Source: Eledone cirrhosa (Eukaryota). From it: a DNA stretch of 64,000 nt. This document shows, piece by piece, positions 1 through 12,706 of this stretch; position 1 is the stretch's first letter, and each line of letters begins with the position of its first letter. The stretch lies in assembly GCA_964016885.1 (NCBI GenBank), contig OZ024743.1, positions 224,378,001-224,442,000 on the forward strand. The letters are read 5' to 3'. Below the pieces are notes generated by a model that did no database searches, was not told the DNA's origin, and saw only the letters and a list, made by a program, of their open reading frames with translations. The position numbers were made by a program, and so were the translations under genes.

Positions 1-855
1 TCATGATTTTCCCTAGCAGTCTTGCAATCCAGAACACTCTACGCTTCAGATTTTCACAATATGGAACATGTGCAAACTTCTTTACTGTGTCTCCCCTTGC
101 TAGATATACCTGGAGCCTGGCCTTTCTTCTAGCTATTTGGTATTGCTCTCTATTTCTTCCTTTTCCGCTAATCTCTCCAGACTTGTTTAATTGTTTTTAT
201 GGTTCTATCCACCTTATTCCATTACTATATCACCCTCCGTCTAGCTGGGACCTTGATTAAACTACAGACCTAGTCTGTGGCTTTTAGCAGGTTGTCTCTT
301 AGAATTTCTCAAATTTTCTTTACACTATAGGTCTCCATCTCTTTTTCCTTACTCTCATAGGCATCAAGTAGGACTTCTCTGAAATTGTTGCCTGCCAAGG
401 GATCTCTCAGCTCCCATGTTTCCCTTCTCCATATTGGCTTTTATCTCTTATTGTCTGTTACTTAGCCTTTACTCTAAGGCTACTGACAACTAATCTATGT
501 TGGGAGGTACATTCTTCCTTTGGGAAGGACTTAGGATTCATGACCATTTGTTTATCTCATTTCCTGGTGAGAATAAAGTTTACCTGGCTTGTATGTCTAC
601 TTGATTGGTGGCTGGATGGTTTCTTGAAGTTTGTGTTGCAAATGGTTAAGTTATTTGCATCACAGAATTCAAGAAGCTTAGGTCCTTCCTCATTTCTTGT
701 ACCATATCTATAGTCTGCATGTATACTGGAAAAGCCATCAAGGTGTTCCCCAACATGTCCATTGAAGTTGCTAGCTGCGATAATGACATCATTGTCATTC
801 GTCATTGAAGTAGTCTATAAGAGGACCTTACAGAAGTGATCTTTGTACTCGTTTG
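1..855 (-). mobile_element. Decayed RTE-clade LINE, APE endonuclease region
   Basis: FNGHVG...YGTRNEEGPKLLEFCDANNLTICNTNFKK...QVNFIL matches RTE APE motifs; disrupted by stops and frameshifts. Confidence 0.85.
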
Positions 856-1067
856 CAGATCAAATAAAATTACCCTTAGAGATGGGAAAAAATAAAAAAG
901 GATGGACCGAGATGTCAAGAGTAATTTACTCATCTTATTCGACTATTTAATATGAATTGTGGCTGATGGGGAATTCAACAAGGAACAGGTGAGGTATGTT
1001 GGCAATGTATAGAAAGTTTGGCAGTAGATTAATGAAGTGCCAACTAATTTGATGAGGGTGTACAACA

Positions 1068-1510
1068 GATGTAGATACAGAAAAGAGATAATAGATGTCA
1101 ACACAGAAAGGAGATAATAGATGTAGACACAAACACAGAAAACAGATGATGACTGTAGACACAGAAAAGAGATAATATATGTAGACACAGAAAAGAGATA
1201 ATATATGTAGACACAGAAAAGAAATGATAGATGATGACTGTAGACACAGAAAAGAGATGATAGATGTAGACACAGAAAAGAAATGATAGATGTAGACACA
1301 GAAAAGAAATGATAGATGTAGACAAAGACAGAAAAGAAATGATAGATGATGGCTGTAGACACAGAAAAGAAATGATAGATGTAGACACAGAAAAGAAATG
1401 ATAAATGTAGACAAAAATAGAAAAGAAATGATAGATGTAGACACAGAAAAGAAATGATAGATGTAAACAGAGAAAAGAAATGATAGATGTAGGCAAAGAC
1501 ACAGAAAGAA
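1068..1510. repeat. Minisatellite, ~26-bp unit ATAGATGTAGACACAGAAAAGAAATG with variants
   Basis: Tandem array read directly; explains three overlapping pseudo-ORFs. Confidence 0.95.
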
Positions 1511-2926
1511 AACTATGGACAACTCCTAAACTAACATGCATACACATCAAAAATGTTACACCAATGCAAATAGAGAGACAATATAACTAGAGTAATATTT
1601 AACCACACAACAGTGACTATAACAACAACACAAGTGTGACACAGCAATCACCATAGCAACAAAGCTGCAGAAGGCCATGATCACAACTACGATATAATAA
1701 TTACTTTAGTACAATCATAACCATACCCAAGTTAATTTATATGCTTTATAAGCAAGGGCAGAGCTCAGTATTCAGCTGTAGATTCATATATCTTTATAGA
1801 TTTTTTCTATCCTGCTGTTCAAGATATTACAGTCCAAGCTGGTTCTTAATTGGAGTTATTGCTCTTCTAAATTGGTCAGAGAACCATGTTCCACTTGTGT
1901 GGTTTCTAACACCAACAGCTTTACATAGTGTATAGGGTGCATTTTATCATGGCACCAAAATAAGTGAGATTGTTAATGTCCTGGTCAGATTCTAGTTTCT
2001 GCTCAATTCTATCTATGTTGTCTCTGTTCATTTGCTAACCACTTTACAAAAGTGTTCTTAGTGCCTTTTATTGTAGCACCAACATTAGTGAGGTTGCCTT
2101 GTTTCCGGCAAGGCTAAAGAGTGCTCACTATTCTACAGTGTCACCAATTGAAAAAGAAATATATCATTATATATTCTCTTTACTTATATATTTTTATATA
2201 TCCTTTATACCTAGCTTTACACCTATGTATTTTTATATCTAATATAGTGTGACAGAGTTAAATATCCATGCACTGTAAATGCAAAAAAAAAAAAAAAAAA
2301 AAAAAAGCGACAGAAATTTTGAAAACTAACAGAATGAAAGATCTTGTCCAAAGATAGAATAATGAAGAAAATAGAATTGTGACATTCATGCCTTTCTTAG
2401 GAGCTTTAAGAAAATAACTGAAATGGTTTCAATTTAGTTCAAAAAGCTTGTCAGATTTCTCATTACAGAAGACACCTGGCATATAATTTTGAGAACACAA
2501 TGACTATAATTTAATTGTTGGTGACTTAGCAATATCTTCAGAGACATTTTTCCATATTCCTCTTTCAATAACATTAATAATCTAATTAAACAGGAAGCCT
2601 TATATAAGTATAGTTAAGAGTCTGAACAAAGGACACAGAAAAACTGAAGTGATGACAGACTAGGTGAGTGTCTAACACACTTGACAATTTATTGTGTCTT
2701 GTAATAGCTTCTTATATAGACATGAAGCATCAGATTCTTATGAGAGGAAAGTTTTAAAGTTGTAGCATTCATGCCTTTCTTGAGGGCATTAACAACATGA
2801 GTGAATTGGGTTCCTCAGTTTGTTGATGACTTACCCCTCTACCATGTTGTTGCCATAATACTAAATAAGTTGAACATAACAAAATGCAGTTTAGAAGGAT
2901 TAATGCTGACAAGAACAGCACTTTAC

Positions 2927-2953
2927 CTGTTCATGATCGCCAACCTCAACCAC
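2927..2953 (-). CDS. Candidate 27-nt microexon (VVEVGDHEQ) within Ig-like domain 3
   Basis: About 35 nt of near-pure pyrimidine tract ending CCTCCAG; donor CAG|GTAAAG; phase 0 to 0, in frame with the preceding exon. Confidence 0.7.
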
Positions 2954-3457
2954 CTGGAGGAAAAGGGGAAAGATAAAAAAAGAAAAAATGAAATTAATGT
3001 AATTTGAATGACAGGCACAAAATTTGAAATAAATAATTAGAAATAGCATCTCCATTTCTCCAGATTTGAAGAGGCTGATGGAAATGTAGTCCACATAAAT
3101 CCCATTTGTACATTGATCAACTTGTTCAGTATTTCCTCTTTAGAAAGCTGCATCGAACATTCCTAACACAAACATCATCATTTTATGTCCAATTTTCCAT
3201 AGGCTGGACGAGTCTCAGTGTCTCACTACTTGTAATCTTTTGTTACCTGACAGACAGAGCAACAGAGAAAACCAAATATCTTTGTCTCCAGCGAAGCTAA
3301 ACAGTCCCCCTCTACACTACGGACACTTTCATTTCTTCCTAAGAACCCTAATATTTTTAGGAGACCTTTTTGGGTTTAGATCACAAAACCCTCTCAATTA
3401 AAATCAGTGTAAGAAATATAAAAAAATGGATTTCAGTCTGCAACTAATAAGAGATTC

Positions 3458-3747
3458 GCATGTTTAATATGTAGTAGATGCAGTAAAACAGCAGAATTGA
3501 GGGAACAAGTAATGTTTTGTATCAGTAAATAGCAATACAAAAATAGTTGAAAAAGTACAGTTTGCTTATGAAGAAGAGAAAACTAGTATTTCAGGCAGAG
3601 CCCTTTGTCAAACAGAGGTGAAATATTAGACTTCTTTTTTTCCTCATCGTAAACTACACAGTTTCAACTATTTTTGCATTTTTATTTGCTAACATAAAAC
3701 ATCACTTGTTGCTTAAGTTTTACTATTCTACTACATATTAATTATGC
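3458..3747. mobile_element. Old inverted repeat enclosing a decayed hammerhead motif (Penelope-like pLTR relic)
   Basis: Arms ~3458-3582 and ~3620-3747 align as reverse complements; the loop on - reads TTGACAA-AGGGC-TCT-GCCT-GAAAT. Confidence 0.55.
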
Positions 3748-4078
3748 ACAAATATACTGTATTGTTTTAATGTTTGATAGATGTAATTGTTAGATTTTGG
3801 TTTGCTTTTTGTTCATCATCTGAATACCCTATTGCATACAGGTGCAGGAAAACCAGGAACAAATCATCAGGTATGCATTTAAACTGGCCAGAATTCTCCC
3901 ACCTCTTTCCGTTTAAACTGACCTCTCATACTTATGTTAAGGTATTGTTCTCAAAATAAATAATATCAAAATCTCATAAATTTGATATTATGTGAGGTAA
4001 AGTCTTTACCATGAAAATATTATTGTAAATATAGTCATGTAAATGCTAAAGGGTTAATGTTTTATTAATTACTCTTAT

Positions 4079-4270
4079 TTAACCCTTTTTATACTAAACA
4101 GCCTGATCCCCCAAACCCAGCTCTATGATACAAATCGGTTTATAGTTATGTTCCAAACACTATCTTAATAATGAGAATGGTCCTTTTCCCCCAAATTCTT
4201 GATTATTTTCAAAATTACTTAAAATCATAGGCAGTGTCTTTTATTAGAAAAATTGTAAAGAAAGGGTTAA
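4079..4270. mobile_element. piggyBac-type MITE family B; older relatives near 10390-10583, 19958-20200, 20690-20883, 23994-24400, 27004-27200, 40322-40790
   Basis: TTAACCCTTT...AAAGGGTTAA ends and shared internal motifs such as TTATGTTCCAAACAC and AAATTCTTGATTATTTTCAAAA. Confidence 0.7.
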
Positions 4271-4899
4271 TGCATATATATTTATCATATCCTGAATACT
4301 GAAAGTAATATTAGCAATATTTCACCAAAATTTTATTACCAAACTAAATCTATAAATACACATCCAATGTGATGTATTTTATTATCATTTGTAGTATTTT
4401 ATTACCATTTCTATTAGTTTAACCTCAAATCAACTCTGATTGAGCCTATCTATAATCAAAAGCATTCAAGTCATGATCATCCCATCTATATAGGGTTAGG
4501 GTTATCTAGGACTTTATTTAATGTGTCTTTTCACATTGACAACAGTGGAATTTGAGCTCAGCAAAATTTGCTATTATTTCTCACCACTCAAGTGACTATA
4601 CAGAGGCAAGGTTGAACATCTATTTACTGTGACTGTCTTAGCTTTAGTTGGATTCAAAAATTAGCTCTTTAGAATCTGTTGGGGGGTTTTTTTTGTGTGT
4701 GTTTTTTTATTTTATTTTTTTTTATTTGCAAAATCTGTAAAAAAAAAACAAACAAAAAAAGTAAACAAAATATAAATGAAATTATTAAAGGTAAATTTAA
4801 ACATTTTCAAGCCACTGAAGACAGTCCTATGCAAGAACAAGAACATTGAATGAGAGATTAAGAAGTGACTGATGAAAGTATGTTTAGAAAGCTGCTTAC

Positions 4900-5036
4900 T
4901 TCACGATTTGGTAGTATCCATTTCATATTTAAAGTACTCTGTTTACTAACTTCGACTTCACATGTCATTCTGATTGCCTCACCAACCATAAATTTGGTTT
5001 TGTCTAGCATAATTACAGGGGTTAAGACCTCTGCAC
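4900..5036 (-). CDS. PVR/VEGFR-like exon: N-terminal part of Ig-like domain 3 (not in the ORF track)
   Basis: 137 nt, TTTTTAG and GTAAGC, phase 1 to 0; (S)AEVLTPVIMLDKTKFMVGEAIRMTCEVEVSKQSTLNMKWILPNRE has the VGE....C...W..P D3 pattern. Confidence 0.92.
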
Positions 5037-5801
5037 CTAAAAATCGAAAGACAATTTACAATTAGAAATGGCTCATGTTTTCATTTCTCGAGTTTTTATT
5101 CTATAAAAATTTTCTTTTTACAAAATCTTTTATTGTGTTTCAGATTTTTAATGATTCAAAATTCAAATTATTGGAGAAAGTGTTTTGCTGTTTAAAACTC
5201 TTCTACTATCATGCTTGATACTAAGTGTCCTACTGGTTAGAGAGTTGAGTTCATAATTGTAGGGTTGTGAGTTTGATTTCTGATCTTGAGTAAAAAAACT
5301 TTATTTCACATTGCTCAAATCTATTCAGCTGGTAAAAATGAGTTGTGACAACATTGGTGCCAAGTTGCCTTTCCTTTGGACAATAACAGTGGCGTAGAGA
5401 GGGGTGACAGTCTTGCTTGGAGAACTGCTGCTCGTCTGCAAAACACAATGCCTTAGACAATTACTTTCCAGGCAACAACCCAAAGCCAGTCATAATCAAT
5501 GGAGTTGGGTGGGTCATTTTCAGCATCTCTTCACTCGTTGCATTCCTTTGTCATCTTCTCTGTGAGTCTCAGCGATTATATGTGTATGTGTAGGTATCTT
5601 TTGATAAATGAAATATGAAATACACTAGCTGTGATAGATTATTGTGTAAATAATAATGACTTCAAAGTTTGCTACAAACACATTATGAGCTCTGGACAAA
5701 GTATATAACTTTTGCTGTTTGGTGGACAACCAGAAGCAGGTTAAATTGGCATGGCCCCCCCCCCCCCCCTCTGGCTTGTCAACACCGTCATCCCAACCCA
5801 C

Positions 5802-6006
5802 TTAACCCTTTAGCATTTACATCACTCTATATTTACTATTGTATTTTCATGGTAAATACGTTATTTCACATAATATTGAATCTACAGATTTTGATATTAT
5901 TTATTCTGAGAACAATACCTCAACATAAGTATGAGCAGCCAATTATGGCTGATTTGAACAGAAAGAGGTGAGAGAATTCCAGCTGGTTTAAATACTAAAG
6001 GCTTAA
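5802..6006 (-). mobile_element. piggyBac-type MITE family A (reverse orientation)
   Basis: TTAA|CCCTTTAGCATTTA terminus; internal sequence is the reverse complement of the 8786 copy. Confidence 0.8.
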
Positions 6007-6839
6007 TCTGTTACTGCAGGCAAAACATAATACTTGTATTTCACAGGTGTTCAAGTATTCCACAGTTGTTTAGCTTAAATTAGCTCTATTTGAGCAGTCT
6101 TATGACCCAAATTGGCAGAGTCGTTAGAACATCAGATAGAATGCTTTATGGTATTTGAGAAGGAAAGAAGTGATTTGGGGGAGATTTGGCTAGTATTTCT
6201 ATGGATATACATGGGCCACCCATTCAGCAAAATTCTTAATTGACTAACTCTGTAAGGATATAGGATGTTGACTTGCTGGCCTCCTGAGTGCTAGGTAAGA
6301 TTGAGATGAGCTGTACAATGAGGTTGGACAATGCAGGCAAGTTTGACCAGATGATCCAGCAACAATATAGTTCCCACTTTGGCTCGCAGTAAAAGCACTG
6401 TAAAATATGCAAATATAGGAATAAAAAAATAAATAAATAACACCTATCTCAACCAAGTTATCAGTAATGGTTTCCAATCCCAATTCTAGTCTATGATTGA
6501 AATGGTATTGTATCAGTGAAGGTGCGTGGGCTAGTGGTTAGGGTGTTGAATTCATGATCATAAGGTCATGTGTTCAATTCCTAGACTGGTTGGCACACTG
6601 TGTTCTTGAGCAAGACTCTTCATTTCACATTGCTTTTCATGGTAGGACTCAGGCCCTATCATTAAAACACCCAAGAAACCTATGAGATACAACCTTGTAG
6701 GAGGCCAACTGAACCTGTATAGGTATGAACTGTAAATTTCATTTTCATGTTATTTTATGGTATAGTATCAATATATAAGTGAAATTCAACTTTAAAAAAT
6801 GGAAAAAAAGAATAATATTAACAAACAACACCAACTCAC

Positions 6840-7109
6840 TCTGAAAATTGCTGTATACAGATGTTGACTGGGTTTTATTGTTGAGTTCACCAACACATGT
6901 AAAATATCCATTGTAATTCACTGTTGGTATATCAATTATAAAACCTTTTGTTGGGTCATATGTAAGGGCTTTGCCAAGCGGGAAAATTTTGTTAGACTTT
7001 TTCAAAGTCACTTTAATATTAGGATCTGTAACTAGGCAACTGAGGTATCCTATTTTAGAACTCACCAAATTAGTGAATACCCTATCACTTGTAAAGAATT
7101 TATCTGGAT
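6840..7109 (-). CDS. PVR/VEGFR-like exon: Ig-like domain 2 (ligand-binding domain in the family)
   Basis: 270 nt, poly-T-CCAG and GTGAGT, phase 1 to 1; contains CLVTDPNIKVTLKK, YDPTKGFII and GYFTC, hallmarks of VEGFR/PDGFR D2. Confidence 0.95.
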
Positions 7110-7463
7110 CTGGAAAAAAAAAAGGGTCACAAAGATTATTAGTCTTGTTGAAAGACAAGATCAAATGCAGTGGGGTGAAGGTTTACAAATGGTCATGTAA
7201 AAATAAAATAACAAAAATGTCCTCAGAGTCATGAAACTCTCATACACCTTTCAACAAATTTAATATTTTCATTTATTTAGCAACAAATCTTAGAACCATT
7301 AAGATAACACATTACATACAATAATTCTCTCCAATATAATAACACTCAAGAACTCCCTGCCTACTTCTCAATATCACACAAAAGCCACACTAACATTCTA
7401 TTTCAATTTAATATACTATCATAAACAATGATGAGGTTGTTAGAGATAGATAGATATACTCAC

Positions 7464-7617
7464 CTCTAAAGTAAATATAAACTTCAGGGTTCTTCTGGGG
7501 TATGCCACTGTAACCACAGGAAATCTTACCAGTGTCATCATATTTACCATTGGTAATTGTAACATTAATCTCACGACGATTACCGGATACACTTTGATGA
7601 AAGGAATTTTTTCCAGC
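7464..7617 (-). CDS. PVR/VEGFR-like exon: C-terminal half of Ig-like domain 1
   Basis: 154 nt, TTTTACAG and GTGAGT, phase 0 to 1; AGKNSFHQSVSGNRREINVTITNGKYDDTGKISCGYSGIPQKNPEVYIYFR(D) has the Ig DTG..C motif and the family-typical VYIYF.DP junction. Confidence 0.93.
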
Positions 7618-8060
7618 CTGTAAAATATAAGAAATTTGAAAATTATAAAAAGATAATGTACAAGAATGTCTATTTTGAATCAAAATAAAACAAACAAACA
7701 TAAAATTAGCAAAATAAAATACATTCTTGTTCCATGAGACAATTGAGTTCTGACAATGTGGGTAGCGCCCTTCTTTAAAGAAATGAGACATTTCAATGGA
7801 GACTAGAAGTAGATAAATCTGTATGGAGACATATAAAACCTGAAATCCTCATAAAATAGATCTTTACTAAATCCAAACATAGACAAAACATTTCAAATCA
7901 AAACTATAACACATGTTGTTCTTCAGCACATTACTACTCAATCAAATGTTTTCAAACAATGTTCCATTGTCTTGATCCTTTTCATACTGTAGGGACATAT
8001 AGATCCAAAAATAAACTTTGCATTCTACTGAATTCTCTTTCTAATATTTATTATAATTTA

Positions 8061-8271
8061 GGGTGGTTGATTGGCAGAATTGGTAGAACGTCAGACAACA
8101 TGCTTTGTGGCATAGAGTTATGGCTCTTCACATTCTGAGTTCAAATCCTGCTGAGGTTAGCTTTGCCTTTCATTCTTACATGATCGATAAAATAAAGCAC
8201 CATTAATGCACTGGGGTCGATTTAATCAACCCCCCACCCAAATTGCTGGCCTTGTGCCTATAATAGAAATC
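8061..8271 (+). mobile_element. SINE family 2 (tRNA-like head, Nin-like central domain)
   Basis: GAGTTCAAATCC B box; CTTTGCCTTTCAT..GATAAAATAAAG core; target duplication ATTATAATTTAG at 8050-8061 and 8272-8283. Confidence 0.8.
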
Positions 8272-8785
8272 ATTATAATTTAGCAATAAGAAGTTATTTT
8301 TCTTATTTTATCTGGTAATCATATTGAACAAAGTGGGTACTACTGGGATAAAGTCATCCCAATTTATAATATTGTTAGGGCAAAAAATAAAAAGTGCTCA
8401 TAAAATACATATTATTAGTTTAATTTGATCAAAATTAATCATATTTTCAATTAAAAACAAGCTACTAATTTTTTAAATCACTATTGAAAGTGTCAAATAG
8501 CTGATGGTATAAGGAAAACTCATATGACCAACAATCTAAATTGTTATAGCAACTAAAATTATAAAGAAAAACATTTTAATGGTTTAGTCAGGATGAAGGA
8601 ATTGTACCTCAATAATCTTTGCAGGCCATCTAGTGAAACTGGTGTGACTGATGAACACAATTCCAGGGAGATGACATTGTGGATGAAAGACTGACTATAA
8701 TGGTTAATGCAGGAGTCATTCATCATCTTCCAATAAGGATCTGACAATCTGATAATATTTACTATTACAAGACTATTAATCCAGC

Positions 8786-9001
8786 TTAACCCTTTAGCAT
8801 TTAAACTGGCTATATCCAGCCAAAGTTCTCTCACCTCTTTCTGTTCAAACTGGCCATAAATGGCCACTCATACTGACATTAAGGTATTGTTCTCAAAATA
8901 AATAATATTAAAATCTCATAGATTTGATATTTGGTGAGATAAAACCTTTACTGTGAAAATACAATAGTAAATATATAGTAATGTAAATACTAAAGGGTTA
9001 A
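8786..9001 (+). mobile_element. piggyBac-type MITE family A
   Basis: TTAA target duplication and TIRs CCCTTTAGCATTTA / TAAATACTAAAGGG; a partial copy lies at ~3870-4057. Confidence 0.88.
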
Positions 9002-9266
9002 AGGATCCTCCTCACCCTACACAGTATTGTTAATATGGCTTTAATTAAAACTTAGCTGTTTCTAACACCAAGAGTAGCTTTTTGACTGTGTACAAAAAAC
9101 AAAATATACCATATTATAACCCAAACCTCTGCATACACACCTTTAATCAGTGGTATCTGAAACCACAGGCAAAAGACATCTACTTTACTCAAGCTCATTG
9201 TTATGATCCTGTATGAGGATAAGGAAAGGTTAAGTGGAAGAAGTAAAAATTATAAAGGAGACTTAC

Positions 9267-9391
9267 AGGTATATACCAGCGAAGTGCAGCACTACCCCTA
9301 CAGGTAAGGGTGAAGTTATCTCCACTGTCTAACACAATTTCTGATACATTGACACTCAACACAGGTGGGGTTAAGTTAGGAATGAATAAAC
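9267..9391 (-). CDS. PVR/VEGFR-like exon: N-terminal half of Ig-like domain 1
   Basis: 125 nt, TTTTCAG acceptor and GTAAGT donor, phase 1 to 0; (G)LFIPNLTPPVLSVNVSEIVLDSGDNFTLTCRGSAALRWYIP has the VEGFR D1 pattern L.CRG....W. Confidence 0.93.
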
Positions 9392-10591
9392 CTGAAAAGA
9401 AATAATAACAAATAATTACTTGTTTCATAGGCAGAGTGAAGAAAAATATGATGCTGTGAAATTCATGTATATAAAAAAAGTACGTCATAAATTAGTAAAA
9501 CAATGTTAAACTAGAGTATCTGGTGATAAATTACCATTTCACCAAAACATGGTTGAGTATATAACTTGATCCCAGAATGTGGTAGAGTTTACAGCATGAT
9601 GCCAGAACATATTGAGGTATGTCATATTTTTTCATTTTTATGTGGCCTTCACATCCTCCAAGATTAACTAAAGAGATTGATGTCATAGCTTTGCTTAAAC
9701 TGTTGCACATCCACACCTTTTGTGAAGCCATGCAACCTGATTGTTAGGGTGTTGGACTCACAATCATATGTGTTCTTAAGCAAGACACTTCATTTCACAT
9801 TACTATTCATAACTGGATAGGAGCCACAATCAAGACACAAGAAACCCTCTGAGATATAACCTTGTAGGAGCCCATCTAAACCAACATAGGTGTGAGCTAT
9901 TTAACATTTCAAGTCAACTCTTTTTTGGCAAAACAAGAAGAGAGTTCTAACGGAATGATGGTCTGGGCAGGAAGAACTTGACTGGTTGTTTAGTTGGTAT
10001 GGGGTGAACACAATGTGGTTGAAGAGGAGGGACAAGTTATTCAGGAGTACCTGAGTGGAGGTAGCTTGAAACTAGTCAGCCGGCCAGTTCCCAGGAACAA
10101 GAGACCATTGTCAAGGTGCAGAAGGGACTGGTCTGAGTGTTTAATTAGGGTGGGGTGGACACAACATGGTTGAAGAGGAGAAAGGACAAGAGTAGTGGTA
10201 GCTAGAAACCAGCCAGTCAGTCAACCAGCTAGTTCCCAGAAACCATTGTCATGGCATAAGAGGAGAAGGAGACAAGATCTGTGAATGAGAGACTGGGTAG
10301 TATCTGTGACAATGTTAGAAACTATAGATATATAATCATTTACTTCTGTCTCATAGAAAAAAATGGTGGTCTGTGTAGGCAAAGGCAAGAATTATACATT
10401 GGAGTTCACAAAGTTCTTCACTGGTTTTCAAATCATTTTGAAAATAACAAAAAAATTAGTGGAATTATTAAGTTGGGGTTTGGAACAAAGGTTTTAATAT
10501 TAAAATTATGATGAAAGGTTTTTAGATAAATATAACATTCTAAAATAAGATTATTTCAAGAAGTTTGGTGTCAAAAGGGTTAAAATAGGAA

Positions 10592-10877
10592 TTTCATTTC
10601 ATCATCATCATTTCATTTTACATCCACTTTTTCCCTGCTTGCAAGGGTGGGACGGGAACTGATTCTGGCTTGATTTCTACAGCTGGATGCCCTTCCTAAC
10701 ACCAACCTCATTTACAGTGAGGGCTGGGTGCTTTTTTGCCGTGGCACCTACACGACCACTTTGCAGTGGAATGATATGGACCCCAGTCCCTATCATCTCA
10801 TTTCTACAGCTGAGTAAACTGGAGCAATGTGAAATAAAGTGTCTTGCTCAAGGAAACAACACATCACCTGGTCTGAG
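10592..10877 (-). mobile_element. SINE family 1, 5'-truncated
   Basis: Near-identical to the 3' part of the 19169 copy. Confidence 0.85.
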
Positions 10878-11352
10878 GAAACAACACATCACCCGGTCTG
10901 ATTTATGTATCAAAACCAGTAATAGCCTGGTAGGTATCAAAAGGGTGACTTATTGATAAAGGAAGTGCTAAACATCTGATTAGTTGGCACTACGTCACAC
11001 AGTCAATGCCAGAGCTGAAATTAGAAAAATATCAGCTCCAAACGATGTCTTCCGACAAATGATAAACTTTTAACCCTAACACAGAGTGAGATAATCTGTG
11101 TACCTATGAATAAAAATAAATAAATGAACATTTTAATCTTTTCCTGACTGTATTTCTAATGAAATACACTCAATTCATAGAGAATTTTGAGGGATTTATT
11201 AAAATTATTAATTATTTCATTACAATGGTAGTAACATATGATTTCTATATAAAATAGGAACCCTTTAAAATTTGTGGTTTTGTTTCATAAAACCAAAATT
11301 GGTTTTGATAAAAAACCACTAGAAACTGCATCTGGTTCAACAATATATTGTT

Positions 11353-11571
11353 TTAACCCTTTAGCATTTAATCCTGCTGTATCTGGCCAGAATTCTCTCA
11401 CCTCTTTCTGTTCAAACTGGCTACTCATACTGATGTTAGGGTATTGTTCTCAAAACAAATAACATCAAAATCTCATAGATTTAATATTATGCGAGATAAT
11501 TATGTAAGATAAAGCTTTTACTGTGAAAATACAATAGTATATATAGAGTAATGTAAATGCTAAAGGGTTAA
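11353..11571 (+). mobile_element. piggyBac-type MITE family A nested in family B
   Basis: Perfect 14-bp TIRs plus TTAA on both sides. Confidence 0.88.
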
Positions 11572-11751
11572 AGTGCTTTTATTTATCTAAAAACCTATCA
11601 TAATTTTATATAAGAACCTGTGTTAAGTTAAACTCTAAACATCAGGCTAATAATTAGAAAGTTAGTCATATTACTAAATCCCTCCAAATTCTTGATTATT
11701 TTCAAAAATATTTTAAAATCAGAGGTAGTGTTTTATTAGAAGTATAATAAT

Positions 11752-11934
11752 TGTTTCTATTTTTGGCACAAGGCCAGCAATTACTCAGTGCATTACTGGT
11801 ACTTTATTTTATCGACCCCCGTAAGGATGAAAGGCAAAGTTAACCTCGGCCAGATTTGAACTCAGATCGTAAAGGGACGTAACTATGCTGGAAAGCATGT
11901 CCGACCCTCTACCAATACTGCCAATTCACCGCCC
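11752..11934 (-). mobile_element. SINE family 2
   Basis: Reverse complement of the 27381 copy; 16-bp target duplication at 11736-11751 and 11935-11950 (one mismatch). Confidence 0.88.
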
Positions 11935-12651
11935 TTAGAAATATAATAATGAAAGGATTAATGAAGCAAAGACCACTTGTTGATTAGAAAAATATGAATT
12001 TAAGAAAAGCATAGATAGAAACAAGAATGTATTAAGCACCAGAAAGTTATATAATCCTGTTGTTTATCCTTGGGTCAGCTTTGATCAAACAGACTTATGA
12101 TCAAAATATTCCAACTGTGACCATGCCATCTTATTTTCAGATAATCTAGCCATTATTGAACTGAGAAAACACAGAGTAGAGAGGACTCTTCAGTCTGGCT
12201 AACCTCTCTAGTGCTGGTGCCACAATAAAATGCACTTAGTTCACTCACAAAATGATGATAATGTAACCAGGACTACACTGTACAATGTGCCCTTCCTTAT
12301 TTTTTATGGGAATTTGGTTTTTGTGTCTAACAGGTCGAGCTATCACATAGAGGCTCACCCATTGGCTCAAAATACATGAGTTGAGGTATGACCTTGTGAA
12401 ACAAAAATGAAATTCATTTTGTGACAGAGAAGACTACAACAATTGAAATGATAAAATTAAGAAAGATATCAATTATTCCAGTACCACCATGACCACCACT
12501 ACAAAACTAAACATTTACCCCATATACATATACATTCAACATCAATGATGGAGGAGCTGCATAATGTTAAGTGCTTTTCCTAGTATTATATCATGATTAA
12601 CTATATGGAATGACCAGTTCTATCCAGTGGTGAACAACTAAAAATGAATGA

Positions 12652-12689
<38 letters not shown>

Positions 12690-12706
<17 letters not shown>

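Noticed and set aside
943-1550. Three overlapping hydrophobic ORFs and a CRISPR-like periodic pattern
   Set aside because: Head-to-tail minisatellite with no unique spacers and no cas genes.
3228-3248. Possible alternative terminal exon giving a soluble receptor (pyrimidine tract, then VTKDYK-stop)
   Set aside because: It lies in a decayed SINE/RTE tail remnant and has no independent support.
10687-10956. Recurrent MPFLTPTSFTVSAGCFFAVAPP... ORF family
   Set aside because: Antisense translation of SINE family 1.
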